Below are positions 21,228 to 33,295 of a stretch of 34,175 nt of DNA, piece after piece; position 1 is the first letter of the stretch; each line of letters starts with the position of its first letter. Origin of the DNA: Octopus bimaculoides. Lineage: Eukaryota. The stretch lies in NCBI RefSeq assembly GCF_001194135.2, contig NC_068998.1:17279016-17313190 (forward strand), in the 5' to 3' direction. The notes below the pieces were generated by a model. It was not told where the DNA came from. It searched no databases and saw only the letters and a program-made list of their open reading frames with translations. Made by a program: the position numbers and the translations under genes.

Positions 21228-22334
21228 TTAAATAAATAAACAAACAGATAGATGGATAGGCAGGCAAGTAGGCAACAGACTGTTATATACAAGTTAGTAT
21301 CCCTCATGTCATATGCTTCTGGTATGCTACAAGGAAGTATTCTCAGACCACTTCTTTTTTTATTGTATTCATAGCTAAATTTCCAACTATCATACAGATC
21401 TAAGCTAAAATGTTTCAAACAATAACATCATCTTTTCTATGACACACTAAAATAAACTTTGGCAAGAAACTGGATGTTGATTTGTTAGGTCAAAGAAGCA
21501 GTACTCATGGGCATTACACGCTTTCTCCACTCCTTTTGATACAATATGATACTAAAAAAATTTTGTTGGTTGAGCTATTGTTATTCGAAAGAATAAAATC
21601 CAGAATTTAAGTAAACTGCTGATGAACTGTATAGAGTTCACTAAGTTCAATTGTTGTGAGGACAGCAACTGAACTTATCAAATGCTTCCATGAACTTGCT
21701 TGTTATTTTGAGGCTTAAGCACAAATGCAAAGTTCTTTATCTTGGAGCAACAATGCAAATCAAAATTACATTATGAAGAGTTCAATAGAAACAACTGAAA
21801 TAACAACAACAACAACAACTACTACACCAGCAGTAGCAGCAACAAGAACAACAACAACAATAATAACGGCAACCACAGTAACAACAAGAAGCTGTAATGC
21901 TACTAGAGGAAAGCTCAACAAATACTGTGTCTTTATTCTAAAGTTACTTTGTCACTTGGAAATCCGGGTAAGTAAGGTTAATAAGATTTCGATTTTATAT
22001 GTCAAATGTATTCATGTTATTTAGATAAAGTATCATCAGCCTAGTTATACTTCATATCATTAGTTCATTCCTGTCTAGTGTTATCCGATCACCGACATCT
22101 AACAAAAGCGAAGAGCTTATTGAATCTGTCTTTCACAGTGTAACAAAATACCTGAAACTTGCAAAATTTTCAGCATCTGCACAGTTGTTTGACATGTTAG
22201 CAGCAGCAAAATCTCCCTTGTGTCACATCTCATCCTTTTAAAAAGGAAGAACACATTGAACAGTGATGTAGTCCTAGATACACTAGTCTGGTAAAAAAAA
22301 AAAAAAAAAAAAGAACACACATACACATACACAC

Positions 22335-22740
22335 AAACAGGGCTTGTGGTTAAGAAGCTTGCTTGTAATGACATTGTTTTGGGTTCAGTCCCACTCCTTG
22401 ACATCTTGGACAAGTGTCTTTTTCTAAAGCCCTAGGTCAACCAATACCTTGTGAGTGAACTTGGTAGATAGGAACTGCATGAAAGCCTGTCATGGGTGTG
22501 TGGCTGTGTGTATATCTGTGCATGTGTGTATGCGTTTGTTTTTTCCACCACCACCACTTGACAACTGATGTTGACTTGTTTATGTTCCTGTAACTTAGTG
22601 GTTCAGTAAAAGGGACTGATAAGATAAGTACCGAACTAAAAATCATTGCCAGGGTTGATTTATTCAACTAAACCATTTAAGATGGAGACCAAACATGTCA
22701 CAGTCCAATGTCTGAAACAAATAAAAGACAGACAAAAGAA
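22335..22740 (+). mobile_element. SINE family A, full length
   Basis: Head GGGTTCAGTCCCACT...TTGGACAAGTGTC, TG tract, tail GTAACTTAGTGGTTCAG...GATAAGATAAGTAC. Confidence 0.85.
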
Positions 22741-22811
22741 AGAAAATAAAAAGGACACTGGCTGGTTACAGCTGAGATGCCTTTGATAATAAAGTCTTTT
22801 TCACCAGTGCT

Positions 22812-23358
<547 letters not shown>

Positions 23359-23714
23359 TAACCAGCTGGCAATATCGTTATAGAATTGAAAAATTATTTA
23401 TGACATATAATCTATGTCTGAGCCTGTTTTCTTTTACTGAGGTCAACAGAAGAAAAGATAATTGTTTCATGACCAAGAACGCTTGGAGATTGAAACTGAG
23501 CATATATTTAACCTCAAAATTAGTAAGTACAAGAAAAAGATTAGTAAAAGAGTTTATTATGTCAATTATACTAGCTGTCAGAAATGAGTGATGATTAATT
23601 TTGAGGTAACAAATAATTAAAGTTAATTGTGGAAAACAGAAAATTTCTTTAATCTTATCATTATAAATAAAATATAAATAAATTCATTATTTATATTTCT
23701 GATCAATTCAGAGT

Positions 23715-23885
23715 TTGACATTTATCTTCTGCTTGTTTCAATCATTAGACTGCAGCCAAACCTCAAAGTGCTTAGTTGAAGAAATTGACCCAGTACTTAT
23801 TTGTAACTCTGATATTTATCCTATCAGTTTCTTTTGCTGAACCACTAGGTTCAGGGACATAAACAAACTGATACTGGTAATCAAG
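23715..23885 (-). mobile_element. SINE family A tail module
   Basis: CTTGTTTCAATCATTAGACTGCAGCC...CTATCAGTTTCTTTTGCTGAACCACTAGG. Confidence 0.75.
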
Positions 23886-24854
23886 CATACAGATATATAA
23901 ATATACTAGCTTAAAAGCTGCACTCTGCGTGAACTTTCAAGCTAGCTCCTGTGAAGGGCTAATTGGGCCTGTGGCCTAAAACTGAAGAGAGCTAAATAGC
24001 ATGACTATATGCCCTGGTAGTGTTTGATCAGAGGTTAAGGATGGATGAGAATGGATTCCGAAATGCAATCATTCTATTGTTCCAGTCCCAAGTTGAATTC
24101 CAACTGTTGCCCAATTTGTCCCAAAGTTCTTATCTTGACGTAAAATTAATGAAGAGAATGTCATTTATCTCCCCCTTGAACTCTGACATCATCTGACAAA
24201 TGCCAACAAAGATGGTGTGAATCAGCCAAACTTTACCTGCTAGAAATAGCTACCTAAAATGCTTTTAAATCAGATCCCAATATTGGATGTTCAAGAACCA
24301 AATGAAGGGCAGATTTTCAATCCCAGGATCACCCCTGATTCCCAAAACATATATGTTTATGCAGAGCTAATGTAGACTGAGATACAAGGGTCCCAGCCAG
24401 CCAGACAGAATTTCGCTTTTATTAATATAGCTGTATATANNNNNNNNNNNNNNNNNNNNNNNNNNNNNNNNNNNNNNNNNNNNNNNNNNNNNNNNNNNNN
24501 NNNNNNNNNNNNNNNNNNNNNNNNNNNNNNNNNNNNNNNNNNNNNNNNNNNNNNNNNNNNNNNNNNNNNNNNNNNNNNNNNNNNNNNNNNNNNNNNNNNN
24601 NNNNNNNNNNNNNNNNNNNNNNNNNNNNNNNNNATATATATATATATATATATATAAAATATGAGAGAAAGAAAATGAAATTCATAAGACTCCTCATTAT
24701 TCACTACAATCGTTTTGACCCATCATGAACAAAGAGTTTCATGAATTCCATTTTCTTTCTCCCATATTTTATAAATTCTACAGACACCAAGGAATTCCTG
24801 AAGTAAACCCAGTGGCATAGTTATTAAAGCCTGAAACTTCAGTTGCCTATGTGT

Positions 24855-25055
24855 ATGATTTTGCCTCCTCCCCTTGCTTGACAACCATTGTTAGTTTGTT
24901 TACATCCCTGAAACTTAGTGGTTCAGCAAAACAGACTGAATGAATAAGTAGAAGGCTTAAAAAATAAGTATTTATGTCAATTTGTTTGACTAAACCAATC
25001 AAGGCAGAGCCCCAGCATGGCTGAAGTCCAATGACTGAATCAAGTAAAAGATAAA
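24855..25055 (+). mobile_element. SINE family A tail module
   Basis: CTTGACAACCATTG...AAACTTAGTGGTTCAGCAAAAC...CCCAGCATGGCTG...GACTGAATCAAGTAAAAG. Confidence 0.8.
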
Positions 25056-26885
25056 AACAAAAAAAAAACAAATGATAAAGACACTGTGGGGTTCCTTATT
25101 AAAGGTGAATCATTCCAAGCTTATAGAAAAATGAAATGAATTACAATGAGATGGAAAACCCAGAGTTTTGTACATTTAATCATTTCCTGAAAGAATGGAG
25201 GTGAATTCTACAGTTGTAGGAAAGAGACCAAGATATTAACCTCAATTCTTTCTTTCCAAAAAGGGACAAATGTTGGAATCTTTAGAGTTTTCGTTCTTCT
25301 CAGTAGATCATTGTAATCTGTTTTTTTTAAATGAATTTTACAGATTAACTTTTTCCAATGCACACTACCACCAGTTTCCTCAGATTTTGGCTTATTTGAA
25401 GTTTAAATCTATTATACAGCATCAAAAATTTTATCAGCAGTACAACAACAAGATAAAATTCATTAAAAAGAAAAAAAACTCATAGATTTAGTCTTATTTT
25501 ATCTTTTCTCAAACTTCATAATGTTATTTATAGTGGAATTAAGCATATAGCAGAATATTTTTACCATAATCCTCATATTTAGGTTTGAAAAGATTAAAAG
25601 CAAGAAGAAAAATGATAAAAGTGATTTAAATTGTGTTTAGAACATGAGGGGGAAGTTAATTAAAGATGTAATTGATGTAAATCTTAAATATAGAAATATA
25701 TAATGACATTTTGTGAGTAGATTGGATACTGGTTTTAGTACCAATCCCTCTACAATGAATTTGTACACATTTTCCAGCATGATTGAAGTAAGCAAAAATA
25801 TGTGCTTTATTTGGGGAGACAATAAAAGGCTGACAATTCAATAATAAGCATGATATATTTATTGTCAGACGTTATGCTTCGCTTATGAACCATAAGGTCA
25901 AATTTACTTTGAAAGTAATTTCAAAACTTTAAATATAAAATGACCATAAAATTTATATTTGATCAATTTCAGACCCGACTTGAAAGTAAGGATATTGTTA
26001 TCAAGTAGCATTAATGTTTACACGTCCATACATGTACAGATGAATTATCAGTCCCCCGTGTCAATTCTACGCAACTACAATAACATGTTGAGAACTGAAG
26101 AATATATTACCGGACTGATTATCTTATAGTTGGATGCACTTCTTATTATTAATTAATAGGACTTTTAAGCAATTTCATTTTAATCCAAGTGAGGCTTTTG
26201 AGACATAATTAAATAAATCCCAATTATAGCTTGATCCCTGAATTCACAATAGAAAATTAGAACATTTATCAATGAAAATATTAGAGTTTATGAGATGATT
26301 CCAAAATCTGAAGATACTTTTATTCCTTCACCATAGAAACTATTGATTTAACAAAGTCAAATAGTTTGCATAGTGGAGTCAGATATCCTTGAAGTGTGTA
26401 CATTCCCTATGTCAGTGGGTTTTGATTCTCTGCCAAAATTTCATGTCAGTCAATAAGAGATTCTTCATACAAGACCTTTCATTTTATTTATTTAATCAGT
26501 TACAAATGTAATTGCACACATTATCAACTGTTTATTCGAGTGTCCAAAGACCGTAGACCTTGTGAAGTAATATCACTTATAGCAAATAATCAATAGTTTA
26601 CGTTATTGGCCATTGACATGAGCTCAAAGCTTTCTGTCTTGCACTTCTATACCAGTACAAATGGACAGACAAAATAGAATAAAGAACACAGAAGTATTTG
26701 GTTAAAATTATGTCTTTTCTTCCATGACTGTGTGTAACATTCAGAAATTGGAACTTTCAAAATTGGTAGGAATAAGAAACTTCAAATAAAAATTGATATG
26801 GAAGAAAGAAAAATATTTACTTTTGCAGCTATTTCCCATTGTTCTTGTAGTTAAATCATAGCAGTTGAATTGCTATTGTAATATT

Positions 26886-27097
26886 ATGAGCTGGCAGAAT
26901 TGGCAGTGCATTGGACAAAATGCTTCATGGTATTTCTTTGTTCTGAGTTCAAATCACACTGAGGTCAACTTTGTCCTTCATCTTTTTCGGGTCGATAAAA
27001 TCAGTACCAGTTGAGCACTGGGGTCAATGTAATTGATTTACACATCACTCAAATTCGCTGACCTTGTGACAAAATAAGAAAGGATTATTATTACTAT
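26886..27097 (+). mobile_element. SINE family B
   Basis: GAGCTGGCAGAATTGG...CTGAGTTCAAATC...CTTCATCTTTTTCGGGTCGATAAAATCAGTACCAG, short (TTA)n tail. Confidence 0.85.
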
Positions 27098-27309
27098 GGT
27101 GATGAGCTGGCAGAATCATTAGTACACCAGGCAAAATGTTTAGTGGTATTTCATCTGTCCTTGCATTCTGAGCTCAAATTCTGCAGAAATCAACTTTTTC
27201 TTTCATCCTTTCAGGCTCGATAAGATAAATACCAGTGGAGCACTGAGGTCAATATAAAATGACTTGCCCCCTCCGCTGAAACTGCTGGCTTTGTGCCAAA
27301 ATTTGAAAC

Positions 27310-27358
<49 letters not shown>
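27098..27358 (+). mobile_element. SINE family B with (TTA)n tail
   Basis: Same head and central motifs; (TTA)n at about 27311-27358. Confidence 0.85.
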
Positions 27359-27360
<2 letters not shown>

Positions 27361-27669
27361 TTTTTCTTCTTTCTTCAAATTTTCTTCTATTTCTCGCAGA
27401 GCGTTTTCTGTACACCTAGGGCAGAGAAGCTCATTGTATGCATTCCCAGTTTACACATGCAAATTCACAGGTAAAATATGTATTTAAAAAAATTAATAAC
27501 TAAATAAATTCATGAATGGATGTTGTTTTCACGGCGATAATGCTCTTCTCAGTACATGAGTCATTCCAGTTAACATGATTTTTTGCACTTCCTGTAGGGA
27601 TGGTAAGCCTGGTATCATTTTCAAATAGGTTTCAGTACCTTTTTTTATCATTCCTAGAGATCCTACAAT
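27359..27669 (-). pseudogene. Dong/R4-type non-LTR retrotransposon 3' end, copy 1
   Basis: 27669-27529 encodes IVGSLGMIKKGTETYLKMIPGLPSLQEVQKIMLTGMTHVLRRALSP*, followed by a 3' UTR ending in (TAA)n; (TAA)n on both sides. Confidence 0.8.
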
Positions 27670-27690
27670 CATTATTATTATTATTATTAT

Positions 27691-28020
27691 AATTAAAACT
27701 ATTACATGCTATTTTGTATTTGGCAGGGTGTTATCTTTAAGTTTGGTGACAACAAATCTTCTCAAATCTCAAGAACCCTTTTTAAGATTCTTGCAGAATA
27801 CAGGATTGCACTTTTCTGCAGGTTGATGACAAGGTGGGTCACCATTCCAATATTGTTCAGCTTCTTAGGTAGAAGTTTGGCTGTTGTGCCAAGTGTACCA
27901 ATTACCACAATCTTTTGTAATCTCTTTCTCTCTCTTACTCTCTCCTGCTATTTCTCAATTTTCTCAGTTTTTTTTTTTTTAGTATCCACTCTAGTATCAT
28001 AAGTTACAGTAAAGTCTTTT
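27691..28020 (-). pseudogene. Dong/R4-type non-LTR retrotransposon 3' end, copy 2 (part of the RLE endonuclease)
   Basis: Decayed DFTVTYDTRVD...EKIEK*Q, then 27911-27762 IVVIGTLGTTAKLLPKKLNNIGMVTHLVINLQKSAILYSARILKRVLEI*. Confidence 0.8.
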
Positions 28021-28068
28021 GATATCATCATCATCATCATCATCATTACTGTTATTATTCTTATTATT

Positions 28069-28332
28069 AAGGTGGCGAGCTCGTAGAACTGTTAGCACAC
28101 TGGGTAAAATGCTTAGTGATATTTCATCTGCTTTATGTTCTGAGTTCAAATTCCTCTAAGGTCAACTTTGCCTTTCATCCTTTTGGGGTTGATAAATTAA
28201 GTACCAGTGAAACATTTCGGTTGATGTAATTGACTTGTCCCCTCCCGCAAAATCTCAGGCTTTGTACCTTAAGTAGAAAGGATTATTGTTGTTGTTGTTG
28301 TTGTTGTTGTTGTTATTATTATTATTATTATT
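28069..28332 (+). mobile_element. SINE family B with (TTG)n(TTA)n tail
   Basis: AAGGTGGCGAGCTCGTAGAAC...CTGAGTTCAAATTCC...GCCTTTCATCCTTTTGGGGTTGATAAATTAAGTACCAG. Confidence 0.85.
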
Positions 28333-28333
28333 C

Positions 28334-28534
28334 AGGCAACGAGCTGGCAGAATTGTTAGCACGCCAGTCAAAATACTTAACTGAATTTTGTCCATCTACA
28401 TACTGAGTTCAAATTCTGTCGAGGTTGACTTTGATTTTCATCTTTCCAGGGATGATAAAATAAGAATTAGTTGAGCACTGATACCTGAAATTGTTGGCTT
28501 TGTGTTAAAATTTGAAATCATTATTATTATTATT
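28334..28534 (+). mobile_element. SINE family B, shortened, (TTA)n tail
   Basis: CAGGCAACGAGCTGGCAGAATTGTTAGCACG...CTGAGTTCAAATTC. Confidence 0.85.
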
Positions 28535-28765
28535 TTGGTTTGGCTCAGATTCCGTCTTATTCCTGGTAGGATTTATGTGGGTAGTGGGTTATTAACCTGT
28601 AACCTTAGGTATCCACAAGTTTTCAGCAGTCTTTCAATTGCTTAGAAACCTCCTGATAATCCTTGCTGTCCCTAAGAAACAAACTTTCTGTAGGAGCTCT
28701 ACTGGGCATTCTATTTCAATCTCCTTCAGCCATTTGTCTATATCTTGGCTTACTGTTCCAAATAT
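28535..28765 (-). pseudogene. Dong/R4-type non-LTR retrotransposon 3' end, copy 3
   Basis: 28765-28634 encodes IFGTVSQDIDKWLKEIEIECPVELLQKVCFLGTARIIRRFLSN*; flanked by (TTA)n on both sides. Confidence 0.8.
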
Positions 28766-28771
28766 TTATTA

Positions 28772-28826
<55 letters not shown>

Positions 28827-28889
28827 CATCAGGATCATCATCATCATACCATCATCATCATCATCATCATCATCATCTTCAAGACAACA

Positions 28890-29030
28890 AATTGGCAGGA
28901 TCATTAGCGTGCTCAACAAAATTCTGCGTCTGCTTTCTTTCTGAGTTCAAATTCTACTGAGTTTGACTTAGCCTTTCATCCTTTCAGGGTTAATAAAATA
29001 GGTAGCAGTTGAACACTGGGGTTAATGACC
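28890..29030 (+). mobile_element. SINE family B, degenerate
   Basis: TTGGCAGGATCATTAGC...CTGAGTTCAAATTC...GCCTTTCATCCTTTCAGGGTTAATAAAATAGG. Confidence 0.8.
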
Positions 29031-29101
29031 ATGACCTATTGGGTCACAACCACTCCAAGTTGAAAATGTCAATGCATGGCAGGAAAGGAAAAAATACTAT
29101 T

Positions 29102-29686
29102 TCAAACTTCGTGCAATAAAATTCTTAAATAATACAGTTCTCCTGCTTTTGGTGTGACAACATAAACATGATAAAGTGTTTCTTGTTTGAAAACGTTCAA
29201 ATGGCCTTCAACAAAAAGTAATGCTTTTGCAAAGTCATCATTGATTCACAATGAAAAGAATTCTGTCAATGTTGTTCTCATATGTTGTTCATTGACAGCC
29301 ACATATATCCTCATTATTTCTGAGCAATATTCTTTGTTCATCTGGTAGATGAACTTGTGCAGTCTCACTATTGCAAGTGCTCTTTCATGAATTAAAAATC
29401 CTAAAATGGATGCAACTGCTTCGGATGGTCCAGTATACCTATCCATTAGATACTGACTAATTTCATTATCATTGTTTATTTGAACAGCAGCTTGGTCATT
29501 TCCTTTCAGCGTGTACTTGATGATGTACTTAACTGACCGAACTGAGGCAACGATTTCAATATTGCAGTGACATTTGAATGCTCTTAAAAGAGTTTCATTA
29601 TAAGGCACAACCCATGTGTTGTTGTTTGCTTATCCATTCTTATGAAATTCAATTCCTCCCATTGCAACTGATCTTCGTCTATAGAG
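29102..29686 (-). pseudogene. Helitron Rep/helicase remnant (HUH Y2 Rep domain C-terminal part)
   Basis: One frame reads LYRRRS..GG...*..NTWVVPYN...FKCHCNIE..SVRSVKYIIKYTLKGND...EISQYLMDRY...EA...I.GF..HER...TTLTEFF.L*INDDFAKALL...VYVVTPKAGELYYLRILLHEV*; YxxKYxxK tyrosines at 29527 and 29515. Confidence 0.92.
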
Positions 29687-29724
29687 AGATAGTCTCTCTG
29701 TCTGTTTTTCTACCTTCTGATTAA

Positions 29725-30013
29725 AAGGATAAAGGTTAATATTTTATTTTAAATAAAATAGTAATTTTCCCCTTTAAGAAAGAAAAATATCCATGATTCA
29801 AAATTATTTCATGAAAGTATAGGGAAAATTTCTATCTTTTAAGTTCACAGCACTTAGAAAGTTGTATAAATGATTAAGGGAAGAAAAAAGAAAGTATGAA
29901 AAAGGGATGGACAACGATAATGTGACAACTCTTTGAAGTGTCGACATTTTCAATTTGATTTTTTGTTTTCTTAAAGGGGGAAAATGACTATTTTATTTGT
30001 AATCTTTATCACC
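29725..30013. mobile_element. TTAA-flanked MITE (Kolobok-like)
   Basis: TTAA at 29721-29724 and 30014-30017; subterminal inverted repeat 29751-29781 versus 29967-29998 (1 mismatch, 1 indel); termini start with purines, not CCC. Confidence 0.7.
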
Positions 30014-31316
30014 TTAATCAAATAGCAGGAAAACAGGCAAACTTTGAGTTTTAGTATAATATAGATAAAGGAAGGCAAGACATAAGCAATATTAGTTAGT
30101 ATTGTTGATGGAAGACATTGAAATATATAAAGTTATATTAATAAAAAATAAAGAATGATATTGGTATGCATTAATGAAGATAGTGTTTAGAAATATGTAA
30201 TTATTAGTATAATACAGTTAGATCTATAAAAAATGTACGCATAAATATTTTATAGATATTGTTAGAGTCTAAACTGAGTTGAAATTTAAATGGTAAATAT
30301 TATCTAGGTAGTCAAATAGACTATATAAATAGTGAAATATTTTTATCTGCAGGACAAATGATTATAACTATTCAAAAGTAAAATAATGGAGAGGAAGTCA
30401 CAGAAAAATATATACATATATATATATATGTATGTATGTATGTATGTGTGTATATGCATACATATACATATATATATTTTCATATTAAATCAAATAAGTA
30501 ATAGGATGTCAGGTATTAATGCAATACAACCATTTTAGGCAGCTCCATTTAATCAAACAATGCAAGTATTACATCAATTTAAATACAGTGCCATCTTCGT
30601 TGCAAAAAAAAAAAATATATAAATTTTTAACAGACAAGATATATTAATATAATTTTTCTCAAATATCTTATCAGAGCTGGAGGATGAAAGAATTCTTTGT
30701 TGCCACTATTGCAGCAGAAATAATCTAAGAGAAAAACAACTACAATTTTGGAGTAGCAGGAATGGATCACAGTGGGCGTCATGGGATTGTAACTCATTTC
30801 TAATTTTTATCAATCTCCTTATCACCATCAAAATATCTAATGTTTATAGACTGCATTTATTGTGAATTAAGAGCATTATGAGTTGACAGTTCAGAACAGG
30901 TTGCTAGTCATAAATAAATATTATTAGATGTTCCCTCAAATCTTAATTTCATATGGCTATAAGTACCCCTTACTACATAAAGAAATAAACCTTTTACAAC
31001 TGAAGATAGCACTGTATTTAAATTGATGTAATGCTTGCATTATTTGATTAAATGGAACCACCTGAAACAGTTGAATTGCATTAATACTTGACATTCTGTT
31101 ACTTATTTGATTTTTTTCACCTTCCTTTAAGTTGTGCAGACAATACCGGACTGACTTGGTGCCTGAACTTAAGTACCTAATTCAACTGAATCTTATTTAT
31201 TTCTAGATATACATACATATATAAATAAATTATATATATATATGCACATAAATAGAGATACACACACACACATACACATATACATGTGTATAAATATATA
31301 TTCATATATTCCTACA

Positions 31317-31362
<46 letters not shown>

Positions 31363-31527
31363 AACAACTACACATATCGATACATATGCAAGCACAAATA
31401 TACACACGTACATAAAAGCATACATATACACACCTACTAATATAGAATAAAACATGAAGCTACAAAAATCAATTAAGGCAGAGTTTATAGATAATAAATA
31501 GTTTATAATAATAATTACTATCAAAAC

Positions 31528-31569
<42 letters not shown>

Positions 31570-31607
31570 NNNNNNNNNNTGTGTGTGTTTGTAGATATGT
31601 ATACACG

Positions 31608-31649
<42 letters not shown>

Positions 31650-31808
31650 TCCTTTTTGGTTTTATATTGCATCTAGCCATCTTCGTTATTTTATAATTTT
31701 CATATTACTATTTTGCTTAATCATTCATTGATTCATATGGTAAATACAATATTCTGATACTCTGACAGGTAGGATTTATCTTAACCATCAGCAATGGAGT
31801 GATCACTA

Positions 31809-31839
31809 CTGATGAGCTTTAATTCCAAGTGAAACTATC
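31809..31839 (+). ncRNA. possible degenerate minimal hammerhead core
   Basis: CTGATGA, stem GCTT/AAGT with 7-nt loop, GAAAC, TATC (GAAACTAGTC lacking one G); stem I not convincing. Confidence 0.3.
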
Positions 31840-32037
31840 TTGCTAGTATAATGCCGTAGGGCTGTTATCTCCTCTGTCAGGACATAGACAATGTGATTTT
31901 GTGGCTATAAGAGTCTTTGACTCTTGTTTCTAGCAATTTAGTTGCTACCTTGCACCCTCAGTCACTACTAGTGACAATTGAATTGTTCCTTTTTGCTTTT
32001 ATATTGTGTCTAGCCACCTTCATTATTTTATATGTAT

Positions 32038-32203
32038 ATCATCATCATCATCATCATCGTTTAACGTCTGCTTTCCATGCTAGCATGGGTTGGACGATTT
32101 GATTGAGGACTGGTGAAACCGGATGGCAACACCAGGCTCCAATCTAATTTGGCAAAGTTTCTACAGCTGGATGCCCTTCCTAATGCCAACCACTCAGAGA
32201 GTG
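32038..32203 (-). mobile_element. SINE-like repeat, family D, truncated at (TA)n and gap
   Basis: (CAT)n CGTTTAACGTCTGCTTTCCATGCTAGCATGGGTTGGACG...GGATGCCCTTCCTAATGCCAACCACTC. Confidence 0.9.
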
Positions 32204-32673
32204 TATATATATATATATATATATNNNNNNNNNNNNNNNNNNNNNNNNNNNNNNNNNNNNNNNNNNNNNNNNNNNNNNNNNNNNNNNNNNNNNNNNNNNN
32301 NNNNNNNNNNNNNNNNNNNNNNNNNNNNNNNNNNNNNNNNNNNNNNNNNNNNNNNNNNNNNNNNNNNNNNNNNNNNNNNNNNNNNNNNNNNNNNNNNNNN
32401 NNNNNNNNNNNNNNNNNNNNNNNNNNNNNNNNNNNNNNNNNNNNNNNNNNNNNNNNNNNNNNNNNNNNNNNNNNNNNNNNNNNNNNNNNNNNNNNNNNNN
32501 NNNNNNNNNNNNNNNTTCTCTAAAGCGGATGGCGATATTTATGGCACACATAGAACAAAAAAAACGGAGGGAAAAGCGTAAACAAACCAAGCCTTTAGTT
32601 AATTGGATACGAATCGTTTCATGGTTAAGTGAATGGAAATTTCACTATAGATAGATAGATAGATAGATAGATG

Positions 32674-32714
<41 letters not shown>

Positions 32715-32990
32715 GAAATGGAAAGCAAAACAATAAATTGAACAATTATAAATTAAATTCAATTTAAATATTTTATACAAACAGATGACACATCTCATAA
32801 ATTACAGCTGTTTCTGTTTCCTTAATAAAACAAAGTTTTTTCAAGAATAATCAAATTCATTTAAATATGTAATGATGCTTCATTCGATAGACATATCTGC
32901 TTAAACATTTGACGAAATATTGGAATAACATTGTTATTGATATGAACCAGTATAAACCAATATAAACCAGTAAATTCTTCAGCTAAATTG

Positions 32991-33027
<37 letters not shown>

Positions 33028-33099
33028 TGTGTGTGTGTGTGTGTGTGCATGTATGTGTGTGTGTGTGTGTGTGTTTGTGAGTGTGTTTGTGTGTCTGTG

Positions 33100-33295
33100 T
33101 TTGTCCATCTAATATCACTTGACAACCAATGTTGGTGTGTTTACATCCCCGTAACTTAGCTGTTCGGCAAAAGAGACCGATAGAATAAGTACTAAGCTTA
33201 CAAAGAATAAGTCCTGGGGTTGATTTTCTCGGCTAAAGGCGGTGCTCCAGCATGGCCACAAATGGCTGAAACATGCAAAAGAATAAAAGAATATG
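33100..33295 (+). mobile_element. SINE family A tail module after a (TG)n tract
   Basis: CACTTGACAACCAATGTTGG...CCCGTAACTTAGCTGTTCGGCAAAAGAGACCGATAGAATAAGTACT...GGTGCTCCAGCATGGCC. Confidence 0.9.

Noticed and set aside
21619-21676. CTGATGA followed by two hairpins (hammerhead or SECIS)
   Set aside because: No GAAA or cleavage triplet, and the spacing does not fit a SECIS.
23975-24005. CTGAAGAGAGCTAAATAGC hammerhead-like half
   Set aside because: GAAAC and stems I and III are absent.
31009-31080. CTGAAGA...GAAACAGTTGAA hammerhead-like relic
   Set aside because: The base of stem II does not pair and the triplet is GAA; too degenerate to distinguish from chance.
32600-32630. Minus-strand GAAACGATTCGTA half-ribozyme (also TTACAGCTGTTTC near 32804 and GACTAGTTTTTCG near 2687)
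   Set aside because: No matching CUGANGA core in the available sequence.
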